Below, piece by piece: positions 17,032 through 25,503 of a stretch of 32,000 nucleotides of DNA. Below the pieces are notes generated by a model that searched no databases, was not told the origin of the DNA, and was given only the letters and a program-made list of their open reading frames with translations. The position numbers and the translations under genes were made by a program. Origin of the DNA: Trichodesmium erythraeum IMS101 (GTDB lineage: Bacteria > Cyanobacteriota > Cyanobacteriia > Cyanobacteriales > Microcoleaceae). Each line of letters begins with the position of its first letter. The stretch's first letter is position 1. The stretch lies in assembly GCF_000014265.1 (NCBI RefSeq), contig NC_008312.1, positions 6,540,001 through 6,572,000 of the forward strand, in the 5' to 3' direction.

Positions 17032-18519
17032 ATGAGCGGTGAAAAATGTAAATATGTCAGGGTTGAAGAACAAGAGTTACGAAGACTACGAGAACAAGAA
17101 AGTCGCTTACGTTCGGTACAAAATGATTTGCCCGAGCGATTGAATGCTGTAAGAGAACAAGCACGACAAGAATTTCAACAACGACTGGCACCACTGGAAA
17201 ATCGCGCTCGCCAGCAAGAACAAGAAACTCAAAAGCTCAAAAGTGGTTTAAAAGATTTGGAAAAACAAACTCAAAAACGCTTACAAAGACAACGAGAAGA
17301 ATTTCAAACTGCAGTAAAAGAATCAGAATCTCGCCAAAAGCAGGCCCTACAAAGAGAAACTAATCGTTTGGAGTCTGCCATGGCTCAAGGTTTTGAGTCA
17401 CAACGTCGCGAATATTTGCAAATTACTCAGCAACAGAGACAAGAATATATTCAGTTGCTCGAACACCAGGACACTAAATTCACTCAATTGATTGATGAGG
17501 AGCGACAAGCTCGACAGGAACAAATTAAACAGGTCGTGGCCAATATACAGGAAGAGAGAGAGCGCAAAGCACAACTTGCTACCGATATGCTAGCAGATGT
17601 AGAGACAGTTTGGGAACAAATTAATCGGGATTATCAACACGAAAGATTTGCACCAGGAAAATTAGCAGATTTGCGTCGGGGACTGGAAATGGCCAGGAGT
17701 AATATTCAGTCTGGGGTGAATGAGGCAGCGATCGCTAATGCCCAACAAACTTATTTAGACTTAGCAGATTTGCGCTTGGAGTTGGAGCAGAAAGAACAAG
17801 AGTGGCAATTACTGTATAATTCAGCCTGGGAAGATTTGCGGAGTTTAATTGCTGAAGTGCAAGCCAACCGAGAATGTGAAATTGAAGTTGGTAAAGATAG
17901 TGAGACTGAGAAGTTTAAGTTTGAAGTAGATTATTGGGTTGATGGGCGTTTGAGTAAATACGAGGAGCAACTTGCTGAATTAGAGTCGCGACTAAAAGCT
18001 GGAGAATTAACCTTAAGTACAGAACAAGTAATACAGTTAGGAGCAGAAATTACCGCTTTACAACCAACTTTAGGAGAAATTGTGGAACAGGCAAAGTTGG
18101 CAATTTTAGGTTCTCAGTTGCGAGCGGAAATTGCCGATCGCGTTGTGGAAGTTTTAGATTCTTTAGGATATACTTTGGTAAATTCTGATGATGCAGTTTA
18201 TGAAGGAGATGACGAGCGGAATGCTTATGTAGTAAAGGTGAAAAACATTGCTGGGGATGAAGTGGTAACAGTTATTAGTCCAGAAAAAGAGTTTGGAACA
18301 AATTCAGTTTCGATTAATTCTTTTAGTCAAACCTTGGTTGATGAGACAGCAACTCAGGAAAATGCTAAGGCGATTTTTGATTCTTTAGAACAGGAGAAAG
18401 TTCAGGGTGTTGGGGATGTGGAGTGCAATCAAGAAGCACGACAGGATTATTATAACATGAGAGAAGTACAGCAGCGTTCTCAAGAAGTAAAAAAAGGGGA
18501 AAGAGGAAGAAATAGTTGA
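17032..18519 (+). CDS. coiled-coil protein with C-terminal globular domain, hypothetical
   Basis: 495 aa. A GAGGAG-type RBS (agaggagaaaaatt ATG) precedes the start. The N-terminal ~330 aa is extremely Q/R/E-rich coiled coil. The C-terminal ~130 aa is mixed alpha/beta (VVEVLDSLGYTLV...AYVVKVKNIAGDEVVTVISP). Confidence 0.8.
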   Translation: MSGEKCKYVRVEEQELRRLREQESRLRSVQNDLPERLNAVREQARQEFQQRLAPLENRARQQEQETQKLKSGLKDLEKQTQKRLQRQREEFQTAVKESESRQKQALQRETNRLESAMAQGFESQRREYLQITQQQRQEYIQLLEHQDTKFTQLIDEERQARQEQIKQVVANIQEERERKAQLATDMLADVETVWEQINRDYQHERFAPGKLADLRRGLEMARSNIQSGVNEAAIANAQQTYLDLADLRLELEQKEQEWQLLYNSAWEDLRSLIAEVQANRECEIEVGKDSETEKFKFEVDYWVDGRLSKYEEQLAELESRLKAGELTLSTEQVIQLGAEITALQPTLGEIVEQAKLAILGSQLRAEIADRVVEVLDSLGYTLVNSDDAVYEGDDERNAYVVKVKNIAGDEVVTVISPEKEFGTNSVSINSFSQTLVDETATQENAKAIFDSLEQEKVQGVGDVECNQEARQDYYNMREVQQRSQEVKKGERGRNS

Positions 18520-18572
18520 GAATTACCACCCTAGTTATTGTTGATTATTCAGGACGTACACAAAATATGAAC

Positions 18573-18673
18573 AGGACTTACGAAGGCAAACTCCGCAAAC
18601 CTGGTTTTTCCTAGATATTTATGTGTTAAAAACAACGATTTACTGTAGAAACCGGTTTTTTTGCGTAAGTCCT
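18573..18673. repeat. MITE-like element bounded by inverted repeat AGGACTTACG / CGTAAGTCCT
   Basis: aggacttacg at 18573-18582 and cgtaagtcct at 18664-18673 are perfect 10-bp arms. Related gcgtaagtcctg occurs at 18739-18750 and tttttgcgtaagtc at 21593-21606. Confidence 0.45.
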
Positions 18674-18691
18674 AATGAAAATATACCCCAT

Positions 18692-18730
18692 CTGTAGGGC
18701 TTAACAGCCGTTAACCATTACTAGATATGG
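18692..18730 (+). repeat. small dispersed repeat, copy B
   Basis: ctgtagggcttaacagccgttaaccattactagatatgg matches copy A at 16798-16837. It is followed by a gtagggacgttgtatccaacctctctac hairpin-type repeat (~18763-18790). Confidence 0.5.
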
Positions 18731-18827
18731 CGCTTGGTGCGTAAGTCCTGTTATTGTTATATGTAGGGACGTTGTATCCAACCTCTCTACCCATACCCCC
18801 GCTCAATAAAATATTAAATTGTTAAAA

Positions 18828-21368
18828 ATGACTGTAGAAAGAATTACAACAGGATTAAATTTACAATTTGGCGATCGCTTCCTCATCCTCTATGGTAGTA
18901 ATACCAGCGACAGTTTTTGTACCCCCGACCTTCTATTACAAGACATTGAACAAGTATTGCATCAATATCTGCAATCTCAAAATTTTCAGAGAATTCTCTT
19001 TTATTCAGGAGTGCAAAAACTCTACTTTCTCGATCAACAATCCCGCGATCTCTGTCGCCAGCAGCCTCAAAATACAGCCCATAATTCTGCACCAGCACCA
19101 AAAATGCGAGTAAAATCTGGTCCCCTGGGGCGGAAACGTCGCTTGTTAGAGCAAGAAAAACCGACACCCACACCTGCGCCCACGAATTCAGCAACACCAA
19201 GATTACAAGATACTCAAGTTATACCAATCTGGGAAAAAGTGATGACAGATAACCAACAAAAATCAGCCATCGTTTTCTCTAACGCCGAAGACCTAGCAGA
19301 ATTTGATAATAAACGTGAGTTATTTGGGCGATTTGTGAATTGGTCTCGACTACCTCCAAGCAATCACAATATTTGTATTTTGATTTTTCACCACGAAAAC
19401 CGTTCCGAGCTACAACAGTTTTGCCAGACAATAGGATTGACATTTTTAGCTAATCTCATGGCTAATCGCGATCGCTCACATACACAATGGTTCAATTTTC
19501 ATCGTCTAAACGGACCCAATATTGGAGAAATTATCGCTCTACAAAATTATTTTCGACTAGAACATCAAAAACCTGTAGATTGGAAAAGTGTTGAATCCTT
19601 ACCAGTATATATGGCAGCAGAAAATCGCTCTTTAAATTATTGGTACGATCGCTATTTAACTTCGGAAGAAATTTCTCTAACTCAAGCACGACAGCAAAAT
19701 TGGCTCTCTGGGAATATTAGCACTCAACCAGCTTTAGAGCGATTAGAACAAATGATTGGTTTACAGACAGTTAAAGATAAAATTCGAGGGTGGATGCGCA
19801 AATTGGAAGTTGAGAGCGATCGCCAACGGCAAGGATTAACACAAGAATCACCCCGCTTACATCTAGTATTTAAGGGTAATCCCGGCACTGGCAAAACCAC
19901 TGTAGCCAGGTTAATTGGGGAAATATATCGCGACTTAGGATTACTGGCTCGAGGTCATGTGCGGGAAGTAGCACGGGGAGATTTAGTGGCAGGTTATGTG
20001 GGGCAAACTGCAATTCAAACTAATGAAGCAGTAGATGATGCTTTAGACGGAGTGCTGTTTATTGACGAAGCTTATACTTTGAGTCAAGGTGGTAATGCAG
20101 ATTTTGGTCAGGAAGCGATCGATACATTATTAAAAAGGATGGAAGATAATCGCGATCGACTAGCTGTCATTGTGGCAGGATATCCAACACCGATGGATGA
20201 GTTTATTAATTCTAATCCTGGTTTGCAGCGACGCTTGGCAACAGAAATTGTGTTTGAGGATTATACCCCAGAAGAATTGCTAACAATTTTTCGTCAGCGA
20301 GTCTCGCGGGTACAGTCTTCTATTGCGCCTCAGTTAGAAGATACTTTGAGAAAATTATTGACGCAGTTGTATGAAAGTCGCAATGAGAATTTTGGCAATG
20401 CTGGTTTAGTGGAAAATCTATTTAATAAAATGGATAATTTACGAGCATCTCGGGTAATAGAAGCAAATCTTGACCCTATTCGAGAACCGTTTCAGGTTGA
20501 AGACTTGCCACCCCAGTATCAAGCAGGTGGTAGTAAAGAGGAGAATTTAGCAGATTTGTTAGAGGAATTAGAAAATAAAATTGGTTTAAATTCCGTCAAA
20601 TCAGCAATTCGAGAGATAGTCAATAATCAGTTAGCAAACCAACAGTTGGAAGCAGCAGGGTTGCCAGCGGGTGGAACTGAGACATTACACATGATATTTT
20701 CAGGAAATCCGGGAACAGGTAAAACTACTGTAGCGCGATTAGTGGGGAAGATTTTTAAAGCTTTAGGGTTGTTGCGTCAGGGACATTTTACTGAAGTAGT
20801 TCGTAGGGATCTAGTAGCAGAATATGTTGGTCAGACCGCAATTAAAACTGCTGAAGTGGTGAAGTCTGCTTTGGATGGAGTTTTGTTTGTGGACGAAGCT
20901 TATGCTTTAACAAGGGGGAGTTCGGCAAATGATTTTGGTCCAGAGGCGATCGATACTTTAGTGCCAGCATTGGAGAATTATCGCGATCGTATGGTAGCAA
21001 TATTTGCCGGTTATTCTCGTGAAATGGAACAGTTTATAGCAGCAAATCCTGGTATAGAATCTCGCGTTGCTTACAGAATAGAATTTCCTGATTATTCTGG
21101 TAGAGAAATGCTACAAATTTTTCTGAGTATGTGTCATCGGGATCAGCGTATTTGTCCGTCGAATGTATCAGTAGTTTTAGGGAATATTTTTACATATATG
21201 TATCAAAATCGTGGTGCAAATTTTGGCAATGCTCGTGATGTTCGCAACCTTTACGAACAGATGGTAAAAAGATTAAAAAATCGGATTGTACAATATAATC
21301 TTTTGGGTGAAAAAATGCTTAAATTTACTATAGAAGATATTCCGAATAAGTATAAATTAAATAAATAG
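18828..21368 (+). CDS. tandem AAA+ ATPase of the CbbX/CfxQ-SpoVK-EccA clade with ~330-aa N-terminal domain of unknown function
   Basis: Two near-identical modules. Module 1: [13 protein letters not shown] / [10 protein letters not shown] / [27 protein letters not shown] / NPGLQRR. Module 2: [13 protein letters not shown] / [10 protein letters not shown] / [27 protein letters not shown] / NPGIESR. The ATG at 18828 is preferred over the TTG at 18819. Confidence 0.9.
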   Translation: MTVERITTGLNLQFGDRFLILYGSNTSDSFCTPDLLLQDIEQVLHQYLQSQNFQRILFYSGVQKLYFLDQQSRDLCRQQPQNTAHNSAPAPKMRVKSGPLGRKRRLLEQEKPTPTPAPTNSATPRLQDTQVIPIWEKVMTDNQQKSAIVFSNAEDLAEFDNKRELFGRFVNWSRLPPSNHNICILIFHHENRSELQQFCQTIGLTFLANLMANRDRSHTQWFNFHRLNGPNIGEIIALQNYFRLEHQKPVDWKSVESLPVYMAAENRSLNYWYDRYLTSEEISLTQARQQNWLSGNISTQPALERLEQMIGLQTVKDKIRGWMRKLEVESDRQRQGLTQESPRLHLVFKGNPGTGKTTVARLIGEIYRDLGLLARGHVREVARGDLVAGYVGQTAIQTNEAVDDALDGVLFIDEAYTLSQGGNADFGQEAIDTLLKRMEDNRDRLAVIVAGYPTPMDEFINSNPGLQRRLATEIVFEDYTPEELLTIFRQRVSRVQSSIAPQLEDTLRKLLTQLYESRNENFGNAGLVENLFNKMDNLRASRVIEANLDPIREPFQVEDLPPQYQAGGSKEENLADLLEELENKIGLNSVKSAIREIVNNQLANQQLEAAGLPAGGTETLHMIFSGNPGTGKTTVARLVGKIFKALGLLRQGHFTEVVRRDLVAEYVGQTAIKTAEVVKSALDGVLFVDEAYALTRGSSANDFGPEAIDTLVPALENYRDRMVAIFAGYSREMEQFIAANPGIESRVAYRIEFPDYSGREMLQIFLSMCHRDQRICPSNVSVVLGNIFTYMYQNRGANFGNARDVRNLYEQMVKRLKNRIVQYNLLGEKMLKFTIEDIPNKYKLNK

Positions 21369-22283
21369 TAACTCTAACAGGTTTACCCGATTCTAATCCT
21401 GGGTGTAAGTATGAATAAAAGACTATAGAATTCTTAAGAAAATTAATTGACCCTATCAACAGGAGTGTAGTTTATCAATTATGTTCTGCTACCAAAAAAA
21501 ATCCATGGTTTGCCCAAAATATCCCACTAATTTTTTGTGTTCTATAGAATTAATTTGTTTAATTTATAAATTATGATGATAATTCATATAACTTTTTGCG
21601 TAAGTCTTGTTTATTATGTACCAAATATTTAATGCATTTACACTATAATTAATGTTTTTGCATAAATCATGGATATATAAATCATGGATAATATTAATAT
21701 TAAATATGTGAGACCTCATATTTCAAGTTTTGAATTTTAATGTATGTAGGTTAATTCAGACTGATTTAAAATAATCATCTAGATTTAAAAACAACTATAA
21801 TTTTAGGTAGTGAAAAAGCAAATACTGATTAAGAGTTTTTATCATTTTTGTTTTCTCATGAATACTATAGTTTTATTTCTGAAACATTAATGGTATTAAA
21901 AAAACTAAATAATCTTCTCTTATTCATAACTCCAAATACCAAAATTTCTTTGTGATCACAGGCTTATTTTATCTATAGAATAAAATTCTATAGTCTTAGC
22001 AAAGAAGTAATTACTATTAATTACCTAAACCTTAAACATAATCAAAAAGTTTTAGTTATTAACTAGAATTAAATAGATAATTAATAATATTATGATTATC
22101 TATAATTCACTATTCATATAATAATAAAATTCTGTTTTTTAATACTGTCTAGTATGGTGAATAATTAAAAGTAACTATATCTAACACCATAAATAATGTA
22201 AAAAAAAAATGACTATCTAGGGGATTAGATGACAATTCCTTGAAAGATGGTTACTCTTAATTCTTAAGTATTTTTAAAGATGT

Positions 22284-22373
22284 CTAATTATTGGCGCCAC
22301 AAATCACAGCACAAATAGGAATGATTACCACATCAATCAGAAGATGATTAACACTATGTTCTACACAGGGATC
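22284..22373 (-). pseudogene. relic of an ISAs1-family transposase N-terminus
   Basis: The minus strand translates to DPCVEHSVNHLLIDVVIIPICAVICGANN*. This matches the conserved H-x-L-x-D-I-L...ICAVISGA segment of ISAs1/H-repeat transposases. Only ~30 codons remain, with stops on both sides. Confidence 0.4.
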
Positions 22374-22473
22374 TATTAAAAAATGAAAATGTTTTCCACG
22401 GATGCTATTGGTGAGTTAGTAATAAAATGTAAGTCCTACTTATATTAAGTTTTATGTGCGTTTGCCTAGTAAC

Positions 22474-22812
22474 CTACCTTAAAACCCTAGCCATTAAGTC
22501 GTCTCCATCAAGAAGTAGGGTGTTCTCTAAAGTAGAAACCAACCCATCTCCAAATCCTTTCAATAAGGCATCAATGAAAACTATATCTTTATCTTTTAAA
22601 ATAGCACCTTTGACTGTTAGATGATATTTGCTAACAAATTCTAGTACATTGATGTTTTCTGAAAACATATTAAAAGTTTTCTCCACAGGAAATTTAGTAT
22701 CCCAAATATGACCAAAGTGTTTCAGGAAACTAGCAGGAGTTTTATTACCATCCCAAACTCAAATTTCACCTCCATCTAATCTTGCTTGCTCAATGGGATT
22801 AATGCTAAACAT
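22474..22812 (-). pseudogene. 112-codon ORF of unknown function interrupted by one in-frame TGA
   Basis: ATG at 22812-22810, 17 sense codons (MFSINPIEQARLDGGEI), then TGA at 22761-22759. The same frame continues VWDGNKTPASFLKHFGHIWDTKFP into the listed ORF 22686-22474. TGG to TGA is a single-base change. Confidence 0.5.
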
Positions 22813-23076
22813 AATTTTATTTCAATTAATCATCATAACATTAATGTCAGCTACCTATATTTTTATGCCTATAGTAATACCATTAATATAAATTGGTAGT
22901 ACACTCGTGAAAAAAAACTTTAAAACTCATGACTGGAAGGCCCACAAAGTAAATGTTATCTGTGAAGGTGCTGTGGTTGCAGAACATTTAGGCCAGATAT
23001 ATATATTCACTCCAATAAATAGCAAAGCAATATAGAAGCTTCGCTTTAGTATGTGAGTAAAAAGGGACAAATCATA

Positions 23077-23505
23077 ATGAAAGTAACTACAGCAGACCGA
23101 CTACCTTACGTTAGAAAAGTGTCTGTAAAAATAGTGTGGTCCATCGACGATTACTATGTAGACGTAGAAGCCGAAACTGGTATTAAAGAACTAATCTATA
23201 TATACGAAAACCTCACAAAGTATGGGCAAGTATTTGCAGCTTATACAAACTCGCTGGAACTAGGCGGTCTCGAATACGATGATGCCTGGGGAAAAGTTTA
23301 TGATTGGTCAAAAATAGCAGAGAATATTTCAGTAAAACACGCAAAAATATCAAACGCAAAGACCAAAAGAAAGTTCAATAACGAGCCACTGCCTAATTGG
23401 TCTGGTGCTAGTGTAGAAGACTTAAGCTCAGAAGATGCAATTGTCACAATTCATGGTGGATCTGTTTTTATTATGAAGTGCACTGAGGCTTCGCCGAAAG
23501 GGTAA
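23077..23505 (+). CDS. hypothetical protein, FAAY-motif paralogue 1
   Basis: 142 aa from the ATG at 23077 (MKVTTADR...), with aaggga ~10 nt upstream. The GTG at 23053 is less likely. It shares YGQVFAAYTNS with the three downstream paralogues. Confidence 0.65.
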   Translation: MKVTTADRLPYVRKVSVKIVWSIDDYYVDVEAETGIKELIYIYENLTKYGQVFAAYTNSLELGGLEYDDAWGKVYDWSKIAENISVKHAKISNAKTKRKFNNEPLPNWSGASVEDLSSEDAIVTIHGGSVFIMKCTEASPKG

Positions 23506-23557
23506 AGTTAAGTGGCTTAGGGTAAAAAAGACCCCATCTAACAAACATTAAGAAGTA

Positions 23558-23589
23558 ATGGGGTAGCTCGTAAAAAAAAGCTACCCCAT
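23558..23589 (+). terminator. 11-bp perfect hairpin between paralogues 1 and 2
   Basis: atggggtagct (23558-23568) pairs with agctaccccat (23579-23589). The loop is cgtaaaaaaa. There is no T-tract after it. accccat at 23531-23537 offers an alternative pairing. Confidence 0.35.
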
Positions 23590-23741
23590 GAACATGCTAC
23601 AAAAAACAAAGCTAGGTAATATCATGAATATTATAACAGATGCACCATCAATAGAACACTCTAATGTTTTCTTAGACATAAACAAGAAAGACGGGAAATA
23701 CAAAATTTTAACAGCCATGGCTTTTGACTCTACATTCACTA

Positions 23742-24764
23742 GAGTTGTTGGGAAATAACTTAGGAGAGAAAAAACTCAAACGAAAACTTGACATATTTCC
23801 CTAGTAATTTGACTACTTATGCTGTCATCAGATATAAGTTCCACTCACCAGTTGCTGTTAGCATTAATTTGTCATCAAAATCATACTTGTGATTACGAGA
23901 AATCTGACTGACAGCTCCATAACGCTTGACGCCCGCCAAGGCGTTTTCACAGACTACCCTTGATTGACTCAATTTCCGAAAATCTGTTTTTGTTGCTCAC
24001 TTAACTCTCCCCCTTTTGGTTTTTTATGGGGGATTCGGATATTTTCATACTGATGCGTGGAGACCTTGGAAACCACTGTCTACTTCTATCGGAATCTCTA
24101 GAGGTATATTTCCTATCAATTTTTCCTGGTCATGGAACTTCGCTTCATGCAGCTTTCCTTCTCGTGCCTGACTCAATACCAGCACTTTCTTGTTTTGATT
24201 AACTGCTACTAGATGTTTGCGAGTGTGACGCTTTTTTTTTCCTGAATAATTCAGTTTTGGTTTTTCAGAGTGAGTTGGTCTTTGTACTGGCCGTTCTGTG
24301 CCATCCATTATCACTCGTTCTACTCGAGGGAAACGCTCTATGAATCCTTGGACACTGTTAATTTGACGCAATGCATCGCGCCTTTTTTTCTCCCAAGGCT
24401 GCTTCTAACATAGTTTGTAAGCGATGAACCCAATAATGTGCTTGACTACGGTCGATATCAAACAAGATACCAGCTAAGTCAAAAGTCGGGTAACATTTAA
24501 AGTAGAAGAGAATGTCAAACAATTTGTCTTGTAGAGTGCGTAAACGAGCCAAAAGACCTCCTCCAACAGAGCGTTGACGAGGTGAGCGAGTGCAATGTTT
24601 GCTCATACATTTGCCCAAAGGACTCCAAGAAAGATTCAAATGCTTTACGGTTTAATGGGTGTTAATGCTCTGAGTAATCTGTCTTGTTTTAAGGCTCGTT
24701 CAATATTTAGCATTTTTATGGCAAATTTTTTCTGAAATTATTTTACCTTATTTCCCAACAACTC
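23742..24764 (-). mobile_element. degenerate IS5-family / PIF-Harbinger-like (DDE_Tnp_4-type) insertion sequence, 1023 bp, flanked by TA
   Basis: Terminal inverted repeats (ta)gagttgttgggaaataa at 23740-23758 and ttatttcccaacaactc(ta) at 24748-24766. A TA dinucleotide sits on both sides. The transposase reading frame is broken several times. Confidence 0.85.
23818..24713 (-). pseudogene. IS5/Harbinger-like DDE transposase, multiply frameshifted
   Basis: The minus strand gives MLNIERALKQDRLLRALT.., then in shifted frames LQDKLFDILFYFKCYPTFDLAGILFDIDRSQAHYWVHRL, VIMDGTERPVQRP...YSGKKKRHTRKHLVAV...GKLHE, and SQSRVVCENALAGVKRYGAVSQISRNH. At least 4 frame breaks or stops. Confidence 0.8.
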
Positions 24765-25064
24765 TACTAATAAAGTAATAGAGTTATTGGGAAAACATGG
24801 CGATGTATTTGCTGCTTATGCTGATGCTATTGAATTTCTATCAACTAGAAAAGAGAAGATTCAAAAGGTTTACAGCTTCGATGTAGATATAGAAAGTCTT
24901 CAAGTAGAAGTAGTAGAAGTCTATCCAGACAGGGAAAAACATGATTGGAAAGGTCATCCAGTAACTGTCGGTTACGGTGACTTCTTAATTGGCCCAGAGA
25001 CAACAGCTTGTTTGTACTTGGGTTATGTATATATGTTTAAAAAAAAATATCTGGAGGGTCAAGT

Positions 25065-25502
25065 ATGATAGAAGATAACAATGCTGTAGTTTCAATTTCC
25101 AGTGATTTTAAAAAATTTTTAGAGATAACTAAAACCCACAACGACAACTTCTTCATAATGTTAGACTGCTCTCACAAATTTAAGTTTATAAAGGCAGTAG
25201 TTGAAGCGTTAGAACAATATGGAGATGTGTTTGCAGCTTATGTTAATACTATTAACCCTGGGCTTCCCCAAACCGAGAAAGAAGAGTTGGTCTACAACTT
25301 TTCAGAAGTAGCAAAGCGTCTTACTGTGAAAGCGGTGAAAGTCGACAAAGACTATCCAGACCACGACTGGAAGGATAGTAGTGTTGATGTTGTGTATGGA
25401 GATAGTAAAATATCAAATCATTTAGGCTACACATACATATTTACAGAAAACCCTGACGAAGCTACCGCAGAAAAAAGTGATGAGCCTAGTTTATTTTATT
25501 GA
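25065..25502 (+). CDS. hypothetical protein, FAAY-motif paralogue 3
   Basis: 145 aa. The ATGA start/stop overlaps paralogue 2. YGDVFAAYVNTIN and YPDHDWKDSSVDVVYGD..LGYTYIF align with paralogue 2 (YPDREKHDWKGHPVTVGYGD..LGYVYMF). Confidence 0.75.
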   Translation: MIEDNNAVVSISSDFKKFLEITKTHNDNFFIMLDCSHKFKFIKAVVEALEQYGDVFAAYVNTINPGLPQTEKEELVYNFSEVAKRLTVKAVKVDKDYPDHDWKDSSVDVVYGDSKISNHLGYTYIFTENPDEATAEKSDEPSLFY

Positions 25503-25503
25503 T

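Larger units (their letters stand above)
23624..25068 (+). pseudogene. FAAY-motif paralogue 2, split by an IS insertion (N-part 23624-23741, C-part 24767-25068)
   Basis: Removing 23742-24766 (the IS plus one TA) joins ...ACA TTC ACT | ACT AAT AAA GTA ATA GAG TTA TTG GGA AAA CAT GGC GAT GTA TTT GCT GCT TAT in frame. This gives a 139-aa protein with HGDVFAAYADA, the same size and layout as its neighbours. Confidence 0.8.

Noticed and set aside
6221-21368. Calling the island a type VII secretion system (WXG-like proteins plus EccA-clade AAA+)
   Set aside because: The window contains no FtsK/SpoIIIE-type EssC/EccC, no EssB/EccB-like membrane components and no mycosin. The WXG and EccA resemblance is kept only as a hypothesis about protein families.
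21369-23052. Search for a tRNA/tmRNA gene or an obvious att direct repeat at the native/foreign boundary
   Set aside because: I saw no cloverleaf-compatible sequence (no GGTTCGAATCC-type T-arm) and no long direct repeat matching elsewhere in the window. The other end of the element is outside the window, so integration-site claims are not made.
23053-23076. ORF-track alternative starts: GTG 23053, GTG 29213, TTG 30361, TTG 18819
   Set aside because: In each case a downstream in-frame ATG has a better Shine-Dalgarno-like sequence, or matches paralogue N-termini, or avoids a terminator hairpin (30361 lies inside the 30356-30387 stem). The upstream extensions are considered unlikely but not excluded.
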